Part shown: one piece after another, positions 24,934 to 35,952 of the stretch
Numbering within the stretch: position 1 is the first letter of the stretch
Layout: every line of letters starts with the position of its first letter
NCBI RefSeq assembly: GCF_018350175.1
Contig: NC_058368.1
Span: 167,340,001-167,404,000 of the forward strand
DNA: 64,000 nucleotides
Source: Felis catus
Lineage: Eukaryota
Direction: 5' to 3'
Notes under the pieces: generated by a model
The model's input: the letters and a program-made list of their open reading frames with translations, nothing else
The model's database searches: none
Told to the model about the DNA's origin: nothing
Position numbers and translations under genes: made by a program

Positions 24934-27900
24934 CTGTTCAAATAGAAAGCACACATTCCAATGAGATTTCACATCCTTAATAACTCTCTTGCAGCAGCCT
25001 GCTGTTAACAGACCTCGCCACCCTCTGCAAAGTAGGGTAATGAACCTTGTGCCACCATTGACTTTCATGTCTGCATAATCACTCATTATTTACAGCAAAC
25101 AAAGGAGAAGCAGAGAAAATTGGGCTTTTTCAGCAATATTATTACCTTCCTTAAAGAGTGAGGGGAAAAATTGTACACAGACTGTAACCTCTGGCGTGTG
25201 ACCTCCTTTGGTTTGCTCACTAACACACCTTGCACAAAGCTGAGATACCTGAATGCACCTTTTAAACCCAAGATGCCACGGAGAAGCAAGGAACAAGTTT
25301 GGCAGGGGAGGCTGTAGTTATATTGGCATGTTGGTGGTTGACCAGAATGGGCTGCCCGTTTCCTGCTTTCTAGCTGTTTCAGAGGATTAGTGTTGAATGC
25401 CTGGTTGTTGGTTACCTACGTGAATTGTCAGATAAGAAAAATTAAATGCCAAAACCGCATTTAAATTAACTACACATAATGCCCACTAAACCTCAATAAA
25501 TGGTGCCCACTAGTTTGCCTACAATTGGGAATCAATTATGGTGCTATTTCCATTACAAACCCTGTATCTCCAGGATTAAATTACTTGAACTTGACTGTTT
25601 TTATTTTTATCAGGCTGAAGCTTGGCACATAAATTATCGGCGTGGATGCAAATTTTCCTCTAAATAAAATGGATTAAGTGAGGTAAGCTTCTTTTATTTA
25701 GCTATAAAGTGTTCTACGAGGCTGCCTCTGACTTTGGATAGCCTTCCTGATCTGCATGATTAACAGGCTTAACTTTGAAACAGGAACTTTGCAGCAATTA
25801 GTACCCAAAGATAGATTGGAGGCCTGCCTGGGAGCCATGCTCTGCTCCAGTTTTGGTCTTCTTCCTTCCTCCTGGCTTAACTTGTGCTTTTAGACTACAT
25901 GTTCTCTGAATTACATGTTCTTGGGGCCAAGGTGGGGGAGGGGTTCAGTTGTAGATTTTATTTCAGCATCAGGGGGCCTTCCTGTTAGAGTGCAGAGACT
26001 GTCATCTTGTATTCACTCCAAGTGAGACTCTAGTAATTTGGGTCAGTTTTGTAGACCTCAAAGGATAATTCCTAAATATCCCGGCAGGACCCACGTACAA
26101 CCCCTTAATGGACTGTTAATTCAAACTCCTGTAGATTGTCACACCACAAGTCGCAATGAGGATGCTTTCTTTTTCACTAGGTATCGTCACCATCACACTC
26201 CCTATTCTTGGTCCTGCAATGACCACTTTTCAGGCTCACAGGCTGGCCCTGCTTCAGACATGCTCAGGTAGGCCGTTCCCGTTCATCACGTTCATTGCCA
26301 CTCTGAACTAGGCAATAGATCCTGGCAGTGTCCAGGCTCTGCCCTGCAGTGCTCTTAGCACCTGAGCCTGTCCTCACGTAGAAGCTCCTGCATCTCTGTG
26401 TCACGTCTGCTCCCCTTTCCTGGACCTCAGCAAACCTGCGTGGAGTGGCTCTTGGCTTAAAAGACCAGAGAAGGTTAGGAAGCAAGAATGGGAAGTTAAA
26501 TGGATACAGAAGAAAAAAATATAAAGCCCCACATGGTGCAGCCAACGACTTGCGGTCTCTTCTCCTCTGTTCTTCTGTCAGCCTTGCAAATGTATTAAAT
26601 ATGTAGTGAGCAGGACTTAGACATAAGTGCCCTGAATGGCTCTGAAATTAAAATCCAGATCACTTCAGGAGCATTGATGTGTTGTCCATCAGAACAATAG
26701 AGAGTACTTCAGGTTTAATTTGTACCAACCAGAAACCCTGAGGCTTCCAGATTTCATTTTGAAATACCGTTTATATTTATACACCTGAAATTACATCAGC
26801 TGTTGGGTTCTTCTCCATCGTGTTTTCACTACCATGTTACCCAACCCTCTTCCTTGTGAAGTGTGGATGTGTACTGATAAAAGGTACTTAGGTAATATAC
26901 AGGTACTCAGCATGCACTGAAAGGAGAGTTGCCCTCCCTGTTCCTCCAAGATGCTCCGCAAGGTCTAGCCAGTGCTCCAGGCAGCACAAGACAGGGTGAA
27001 TGACCTTGCGGACATTGAGAGGAGGAAAGCTTTTGTTTTACCTACAAGTGAAGCATGAGGTTACATGTACATTTCAGTCTTCTAATTGTGGATCGATTTT
27101 TGGAAGTAACCCTTTTCTAAACAACTAACCAGGAAGTGCCACTTTGCACTCAAAGGGGAAAATCTGTCCCTTTAGGGCATCATGGTTCTTCTTCTCTCTG
27201 TAACAGGCTGGTCCTGGCTCGGGATTCTACAAACCATCCTTTGATTCTAGCAGGGCCTCACTGTTGGAAGATTCCATGGCCCCTGCACAGCAAGATGAAA
27301 AACTGGCTGTCATTTGGGTAAATCTGAGCAATTCCAAAATTCTAAGGAAGGATTCTTAAGCAAAATCTATCCCAATAGAAATCACATCTAAACATCAGAG
27401 AATTTCTAACACTCATAATGGTGAGTGTAGCTTAAAAGCAGAAAATATTCCTCCTCTGAAACCAAATCAAGCCTTGCCGCCTGCCTACCAGGATTCTACA
27501 ATATGAGGGTTTCAATGGTTAATTGAGAAAACACGAGCAATATCTTGGAGCATATTATGTGGCATATGTCTGCCCTGAGATCATCCTGTATCCCTGATGA
27601 TAGGAAACTGGCAGGCAGAGTGTGCAAGCAAACAAAAAAGACAAATACATTCCAAAGACAGGTGAATTAGTACACATTACCGAGAACATGCAGTGGGATC
27701 CTTTCAGGCTTTCTGCATTCATAAAGTCTAGGTCTATACTCATTCAACACAGTGGTGCAAAGCCACAAGTCTGACTGAAGTTTATGAGGAATAAGATGAA
27801 CTACTCAAAGTTATTACTGCATTCATATAGCCAGGAATGGTAGCTCAACCTTGTCATAACTTTTTTAGTGAAGATGCTCACCAGAAAGCCCTTAAATACA

Positions 27901-30114
27901 GTCACAACTGACTCCACGAGCTTTTCTTGCACAGATCCCTATACGTGTGCACCCGCATTTCCACTCTCCAACGTATGCACTCACACACACCACATTCTGT
28001 TGAACTTCAAACTTCCGTCAGTTATATGTGCGTAGGTTTGGGGGCCATCATGGATTTTAAATGCTCAGTGAAAAAACCTATTTCCCAAAGACCGTGAAAT
28101 ATGCTCACATATGAATGCATCTTAATATCTTGCATTTTACCATTATTTGAATTCAAAGGTAATTTTCCTAATGCAGAGCAGTCCTCAGTGTAGCTACTGG
28201 TTACAGAGAAGAACACGCAATCTATTTTTTCTAAATAGTCTCATGCTCTCTTGATAGGCAATGGAATTTACCTGGAAAAAAGATTATTGGAAAGATATGC
28301 CTACATCTGCCACAATATGCATTAAAAAAAATCCTAATTCAGAATAACTTACGGTTACAACTTATGCCTGACTCTGCTGGTCATTCTACACCTGACTTAC
28401 CAAGAAATGCAAAAGAGTAAAGTTCTCTTTACGAACATCTATGTTTCTACTGACGGTAAGTAAATCCTACTTTTACACTCACATTGGGATAGGAGTTGAG
28501 AAATCTGAACATTAAATTTGGATCAGTCTCAAACTAGTGATGCAACCTGGGCAAGTCTCAGTTATCAAGGGAAGAGTGTAGACTTTGTGGTCCTTAGGAG
28601 ACAGCCCCTCTAACTCATACATCCTATGAGAGACCAAGTCCGCAAGCTTGTGAGGAGTCTCGTACCATGAAAAGCCACAGTAATGCTTCCAGATTTCCAG
28701 GACACAATTAAAATGTCTCTGTGTCGGCATTCATTCCTTGCAACTTTCTAAAGCAGCTAACTGATCCCTGGGGAGCCAAGAAGGCCTCTCAGAGCTTTCT
28801 TGTACACACCTCCCATTTGTGCTGGGGTAAGATGCCTGCCTTAGAAAAACAAGAATGCTTGGGGAAGAAAACCTGACTCTTAATGTGAAAGCTGTTTTAT
28901 GTCCTGAGGCACCACATTTACTCGGGGTAAGTTTCCCTAAGGCTCACTGACTGTCCTAGTAACAATATTCCAAAGAGAAAGTGGACTACACAACACTTTA
29001 ATTTCTAGGACCATAAAAAAAGAGAAGTTCCACTATAAATAGATGAAAAAAAAAGTCTCTGTTCACACAAGGTGGGGCGGGAGGGGGGCTCCCATCTTTC
29101 TGTGAAGAAGAAATAATTTTAATTCCATTAAGCTTTGAGAGTTGGGTAAGGAAACCAGTCAAGATATCAAGCCAAGTAGGACAAAGAGAGGAAACCACAG
29201 GAAGGTAGGCATATGGGGGCATCAAGGTACAGTCCTCACTGCACAGTGGATACAGGACTCCTATCCGTCCGAATCAGTCTAGTTACATTTATAACCAAAT
29301 GGATAGTATACAGCACCATTTTATACTCAGTACACTACAGTGTAGTTACAGTGTAAATACTTTGATGAGTGCTTTTGTGGGTTTTATTTTTCTTCAGTGA
29401 CAGGAAAGTTTGGGTGTGTGGAGATCAGCAGGAGAAAAAATGTATCCTTAATACTTATTTTGCCTCAGCCATCAAGGATCACATTGCACTGGGTCGATGA
29501 CATAAATTTGGAGGAGCCACAAGTGTGTGATTTGTGTTGGGCAACGTGATTATACTTCTCCAGACCAATTGCTACTGATAACAATAGCACAAATAATATT
29601 TGAAATGAAGGTCTTTCGATCAGTTCAATGACTGCACGTGAATTGCTAGAGAAAATGAAATATGTTGAATTAGCTGCGATTTTGTGTAACAGTCTTGATT
29701 ACTTTCATCCATAGATTTGGAAATAATGTAAAAAAATTTATAAGCATACACGATAGAATTTTTTTCTGTCTTAAATGAAAACAGATCCATTAATATTCAC
29801 AGTGATTCACCAGCATGCTCGGAGGATATGGTAAAAAGTAGTGAGATTTTAGCATTCTGATGGGGCTTCTATATTAGGATACTGCATTACATCAAACCCA
29901 TGTCCAAAAAAGAAAGGTCATATTTTATCTAACATGCATTACACGAAGATACTGGAGAATGAAGTAGAATATAAGTAATATTAGCGTTGCTAGCAATGAG
30001 CAAAAAGCAGAGCAACTATAACGTGCAAACATGCGGAGAAGAAGAAAGGAAAAAAAGTACGGAAGCACCAGAGAGAGATGCATTTGTTAAAAGAGATTCT
30101 CTAAGCATACTAAC

Positions 30115-30195
30115 CTGCTGGTTCTAATGAATTTTCTACTTTGTCGTTAACATCGAAAACACGATCATGAACACCTATAGTTTTCATACAGCTAT
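30115..30195 (-). CDS. EFNA5: Ephrin-A5 exon 4, 81 nt, symmetric phase 1/1 cassette exon
   Basis: tag|AT AGC TGT ATG AAA ... GAA CCA GCA G|gttagt = (N)SCMKTIGVHDRVFDVNDKVENSLEPA(D), in frame with the exons on both sides. The upstream intron is 417 bp and the downstream intron 5181 bp. Confidence 0.98.
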
Positions 30196-30227
30196 CTATA
30201 ACAAAAATAGAGATAACAGCCAAATAT

Positions 30228-30234
30228 GTTAGTG
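30228..30234 (-). promoter_or_regulatory. Branch point of the intron preceding exon 4
   Basis: Minus strand CACTAAC, a near-perfect branch consensus, with the branch A (30229) 34 nt upstream of the exon. Confidence 0.75.
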
Positions 30235-30612
30235 AAGACACCCTTAAACTCCCATTTCTTTCTTTTTTTTTCTTTCTCTCTATTTTTTTCCTTTAATTTA
30301 TGTAGAGATCGTTTTACAATCAATGGCATGTGTCCAAATGCCAATATTGTTCCCATTTGCTGTGCACGTACAACAGTCTAAGAAACAACAAGTTAGCAAC
30401 TGCTGTGTACTTAAAAATAAAAGCATCATGAAGAATGATGAGAAAAAATTTGATGAAAACTAAAACATGGATGTTGATATACAAAACAGATACCACACAG
30501 GATTTAACAGTAAAAAAAAAAAAAAAAAAAAAGTTTTACCGCCGTGAACCAGACCACACAATAAAGCATGCGCAATGAAGCCACCCTCTGAAGCTCATTC
30601 TAGTCAACTTAC

Positions 30613-30678
30613 TTGTTGGTCTCACAAAGACTTTGAGCTTTAGACAGGACCTTCTTCCATTATCTGGGATTGCAGAGG
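30613..30678 (-). CDS. EFNA5: Ephrin-A5, internal coding exon (exon 3), 66 nt, phase 1/1
   Basis: Reverse complement reads cag|CC TCT GCA ATC CCA GAT AAT GGA AGA AGG TCC TGT CTA AAG CTC AAA GTC TTT GTG AGA CCA ACA A|gtaagt = [21 protein letters not shown], recognised as the end of the ephrin-A5 receptor-binding domain. It has a polypyrimidine tract with an AG acceptor and a consensus GTAAGT donor. Confidence 0.98.
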
Positions 30679-33569
30679 CTGTGGATAAGACAAAATGAGA
30701 GAGAAAGGAGAGAACAACAACACATTATTCTTCATTTTCAAATGCAAATAGTCTACAAGAAACTGTTTCCTCAACAACAGGAGCATACTCTACTTTTTCC
30801 CAGAAGTTAAAACAAAAATACTTTTCAGATTGATGGAGACTGCTAGAAAGAGCTACTTTCCCATCCCTATCTTTTCTTTTCAATACAGTAAGGACTCATG
30901 CAAGAATGTTGGTAATCTACAGGAAAATACTTTGGATTTTTATTTCAAAGGCTCTTCCGTTTAACTTTATCTGTTATCAATTTTCTTTAAAATAAGAAGA
31001 TAATGCTTGAGCCCTCCGGCCTTCATAGAGCTCCTCCGCATCTCCTGCAGGAAAAGGGGCCCAAGGTGAAAGTGCTGGCAAAAACCAGTAACAAATAGTT
31101 ACAAGGCCAACTTAAACATGACCTATTTTTGCTAGGGAAAGCAAAGCTTTGTCTGTCCTGAAAGCCTGTCTGTCAGTGCTTTGCAGGTAATTCAATTAGA
31201 GGTTTTACTCAGAACTTGGCTCTGCATTCTATATGACTAAACCGAGCCCAGCAACTTCCATCATGCTATTATAAGTACAATATGCTATTGAGAAAGCACA
31301 CTGGTGCAATGGTACATTTATTTTAAGAATTTTGCCACAGAGAAGGATGGAAGTAATAAAGTGGGCTTACCAAAACATGACAACATGTTTCAAGTTATAA
31401 TTCATTTGAGGAAGAAACTTTCTTCTCCTCTTCAAGATAATAAGACTGTAAACTTTCTCTGCATTGGAAAGATTATCTCCCCTCAGTACACACAGCATAA
31501 TGTCAAAGGGATTTCCAAGGGCGGTAAGACCCTTAACAATCTCATATGTTCACTAATGCATTCTAGAAATGACAGAAATTACAGAAACGAGTGCTGCATA
31601 CTTTCCTCCCTGTGTGTTTGCTTCAAGTGGTTTCTTCAGAAAATGCAGATGACAGCAATTAAAACTCACATGGCTTACGGTTATTTGGTAATGCCCTCAG
31701 TGACAAAGTCAGGACCAGTGTTTGATATGCCTTCTCTCTCCTTTATTTTTTATTTTGATTCCTCATGGGAGCCCAGAAATTGAAAACGCTTAGTGCATAG
31801 GTGAGGGGATTCAAGATGCAAACTCCAAACTAATTTTACACCAGTCTCCTCCAGTAACTCCAGATCCATGTGCTGGAGAACTTATAAATTCACCACCTAA
31901 AAGACATCAAGCTGTAAAGGACCCCTAGTGTCACTATTCAGCACCTGTTGAAAACTCTTAATTCTAAGACTAAAGTATACAGAAAAGAGGTTTTTGTCTC
32001 TCCCCTTCTCCCCTCTGACAAGCAGTTAAGAAGTGCTAACAGCTGGCTTTGCTGTAAGCTTTCATTAAATCAAAGTCGGAAAAACTCCCTCTACTGACAT
32101 TTACAGTAACTAGTGTGTTATTTAGGGCACAATATTTGCACTCTGTGGTTTGATCCAGGAAATGGTGTCCTTCCTCTGGACCCCAACTGCACATGTGCAT
32201 GTCACAAATACAGTCCGCATAGGTGACTCCAATTCATTAGAAAAACCATGGGTTCTTGAGATGGTTTATATCTTATTCACGAGAGGTGGTGTGAAAAGGT
32301 GACACGTGGATATTTACACTGCCATTTTATGGACTTTGGAGCTGAGATCAACTCACTGCAAGCTTCCTGAACTTGATCTGCCACATTCAAGAACGGATTG
32401 AACCAAAGATCCTGCAAGACACAGTAGGCTTGCGGCAGGATCAAGTGTTTAATTATTTTAGTGGGGGCACTTTCTGGGAGTTGGTACAGGTCTTTCAGAT
32501 TTATATGTCAGAGAAATCCTGTATATTCAGGACAGAAAAATCATTGTAGGGCACACAGGAATAACCAAACAGCAACAGATGATAAGCTGTCTGGGAAAAA
32601 CTGAAGAGCGATCTCTCACCAGCTCTGAGAGATGGACAGTTGGCCTTAGCTACAGGCTGCTACACTCTTCTGTGAATTAAGGATATAACACTTAAAAAAA
32701 CACATAATGTACTTAAAACAAAAACCTCTTTTCCAATCTAACTTCTGCATCACATCCTCCTCTCCCATCACCAGAAAAGCTGTAACAATCATGTGACCTA
32801 CACGTTATACTATAACTATTAATTACACTCTAATCCTGAGAAAAATTGATGAACAAAGAATAAAAACATATAACATGAGTACACAACGCAGATGACATTA
32901 AATTAGCTACCTCTGCAACCTCTGACCTGAACTCATGCAATCAGTTCTTAACCCTTACAAGCTAACCTGAAAATGTAGGACATGTCAGGTCAGCGATAAC
33001 TTTGGGTTCCTTGCTCACCCCACAGAGAAACAAAACCAAAAAGCCTAAAAACTTTTCATGTAAGATTTTAAGAAGCAGGAGTCTGGCTTTATTCCATGTT
33101 ATGTTCCAGGTTTCTTAACCCCATACTCCCCAGATGACAAATGTAGGATGCCTTTATACTGTGTGCAAAACACAACACTATTAATTATGAATATTTGAAG
33201 ACTAAAAGGTAATCTAAAAAGTGCTTCACCAGTCACAAGTAAACAAAAAGCAGTGGAGTGAACATTAAGAACACCAAATAACAGAGGAATTGAAAAATGT
33301 AACCGTCACACAAGTGAAGTTATAAAGAAAATCCTCTCGGGATCAATTATGAGCAAAAAGGAGTTGCACATGGACACAAGGGACTAAAAGCTGAAAATGT
33401 GCCTGACTTGTCTCAGGAGGTAGGTAGTGTTAATCCTGATAATTCTAGAGCCATGACAGTTTATAATGGCCAACACTATCTTCATTAAAATAAAATCTGT
33501 AACTTCATATCCTCCTTTCCTTAGAAAATTAATAGTCAACATTTGAAAACCGATGATAATTACTAACAG

Positions 33570-33850
33570 CTTCATCCATCCATTCAAATGCTTTAAAATT
33601 CCTACTATGTGCCTGCTTCCCTGTTAGGTACTAGGGGTACAAAGGTATGTCAGACACACTGTCCCTCTCCTTGTGTGGGTTCTTATTCCAGCCGGGGACA
33701 TAAATATGAACCACATGAATATGAACCACGGTGTGATAACGGAGGTCTGTGTGAATTGCCAGCAAAGCTTTAGGCATGGACTTAGCTTGGTCTAGGAGTG
33801 GGAAGCTGTCCCAGACGTGTTTATCAGAGGGAATTTTATCGCCTACAGAA
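33570..33850 (-). mobile_element. L2 3' fragment
   Basis: ttcatccatccattcaaatg...cctactatgtgcc...taggtactaggggtaca..cactgtccct resembles the antisense L2 terminus. Confidence 0.65.
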
Positions 33851-33898
33851 GCCAATCAACAGGATATGGGACAAAAGAATTAAAACAGTTCCTCCCTT

Positions 33899-34068
33899 GG
33901 GGCGCCTGGGTGGCTCAGTCAGTTGACCGGTCCACTTGGCTCAGGTCATGAGTTTGAGCCCCGCATGGGGCTCACTGGTTCCCTCTCTCTCTCTCTCTCT
34001 CTCTCTGCTCCTCTCCTGCTCTCTTTCAAAAACAAATCAACGCTAAAGACACAAAAACAAAAACAGAA
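33899..34068 (+). mobile_element. Can-SINE with internal deletions
   Basis: ggggcgcctgggtggctcagtc head, (CT)n and A-rich tail; TSD ttcctccct. Confidence 0.93.
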
Positions 34069-34769
34069 CACATTTCCTCCCTGAGTTGCCACAGTGGAGC
34101 TTTAGCAACCAAAATTAAGTCTTAACCAGCAACAGATGAAGAATAGCTAGACCTGAACTCTTCCCATGAACATACATGGATTTTGTAACAGACTTGGTCA
34201 AACTAAAATATAAATGCAACTCCTGTCTCAAACATTTGTCACATAATCCACATTCATATCCTTTTATTCGGTTTATTGCTTAAAATGCACATTTGGAGTC
34301 CGGAAGCTGGGAATAGGGGTAGGGGACCATTAAAACAAGTACAACCTCTCATTCCCTGATCTTAATAGAAACTTTATAAATCAAACCACAGGGTCCTTTC
34401 CCCCTACTGATCTGCAAAAAAACAATCAAAATCATACAACACGTAATGAAATATAATCTGAGGGTCTTCTGTGTTTAGAGTATCATGCTAATAAGGCCAT
34501 GAAGGCTGCATATCCTCAGTCTGTTCCATGACCTCAGACAGGGGCCCCAACTGCAGCCATTCCTGAAAACCTGTTTCCTGGGTCTCCTGGGGTCAGCTCA
34601 GCTCAGCACTTATCAGCCAATCTGATACATAAAGGGGACCACATTCAGTGCCCCCAAGTCAGTACTTCTAGAAGATTTAGCGTTGTAAATGTAACAGTAT
34701 TCACATCGCAACTCACTACAGGCTTATCAGGTGGACATGGCACACAGTATAATGGCACCATGCTTTTCA

Positions 34770-35231
34770 CAGGTAGCTTGTGACCTGGCTCCAATTATTC
34801 TCACTTGAGAGCGGGCTGAACCTAGCTGTTTTTGCTTCTAACGAGTAGAATACAGGAAATGTGATAGGATGTCATTTCTGTGAGTGTGTTGCAAAAGACC
34901 ATGACTTCTTTCTTGCCAGCACTGTTTCTCTTGCTCATGAAGCAAGGTGCTGTAGTGTGAGAATCTCAATGCAGAGGCCCAGTGGCAAGGGACTGAGGGA
35001 GACCTCCAGCCAAGAGTGTGCAAGAAACGCAATCAGCCAACAATCTGATGAGGAACTAGAGAGTGAATCCTTCTCAACTGAACCTTTAAATGATTGTTAT
35101 CTTGTGGGAGACCCATACCCAGAGGACCCAGCTAAGCTACTTCTGGATCACTCATCCACAGAAACTGTGAATATTAAATGTCTTGGCCCCAAATTTGGGG
35201 GCAATTTGTAACTAAACAGCTAACTGATACA
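34770..35231 (+). mobile_element. MaLR solo LTR (MLT1E/F-like)
   Basis: gtggcaaggga.ctgagg..gcctccagcca, agaggacccagctaagc, ccacagaaactgtga..attaaatg and terminal taactgataca. Confidence 0.8.
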
Positions 35232-35747
35232 GTGCTATATAAAAACAACTTTGTGCTACCAAAAGCTTCCCATGGCCGACTTGAGTAAGACCTTAAAAGC
35301 TAAGGCACTGGGGTCTCCTCTCTGGAAAACCACCATGCCCTTTTCCACAGGGCAGCTCCTGCCTTATTCGGCTCCCACGTCTAAACAACTAGATCCCTTC
35401 CTAGTTTACTTTTCAAGCTACTGTTACAAGTCCACTTAAAATATGCCTTGAAGAGAAGTAATTATAAACTGCTGTTGAAGAAATACTACAAGATGTATCT
35501 ATTTGTTTTCACTCCAGCCCTTAAAAACGGTTTTTCATTTTCCTGCCCATGCCACTTAGTTTGTTTTCGCTAATGCAGCCAACCTGTGCTTTTCTGTGCA
35601 ATTATCATGTCTCACTTTAACTCCAAATTGCTGGGTGAACTAAAAGGAGCTTTGATACAAAATGTAAACTTAAATCATAAGACAGAATGCCCTTCCTCAA
35701 ACAGGAGAAATAGCATGTACAGATGAGCTTAAAAACATGTGAACTAA

Positions 35748-35952
35748 GGGGCGCCTACGTGGCTCAATGGGTTGAGTGTCCAACTTTAGCTCAGGTCATG
35801 ATCTCACAGTTCATGAGTTCGAGCCCTGTATCAGGCTCTGTGCTGACAGCTCAGAGCCTGGAACCCCCTTCAAATTCTGTGTCTCCCCTCTCTCCGCCCC
35901 TCCCCTGCTGGCACTCTGTGTCTCTCTCTCAAAAATGAATAATGTTAAAAAA
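35748..35952 (+). mobile_element. Can-SINE
   Basis: Full head and body; imperfect TSD atgtgaactaa / atgtaaactaa. Confidence 0.95.

Noticed and set aside
24750..25086. ORF-track ORFs overlapping the EFNA5 terminal exon (+76 aa and -88 aa)
   Set aside because: Antisense or out-of-frame shadows of the true exon, with no independent coding evidence.
30107..30114. Alternative GT 4 nt downstream of the exon 4 donor (and an AG 4 nt inside the acceptor)
   Set aside because: Either alone would frameshift; such motifs are common and the sequence gives no evidence of use.
31304..31783. 159-aa + strand ORF
   Set aside because: Non-ATG start, antisense within an intron, no recognisable domain; compatible with chance.
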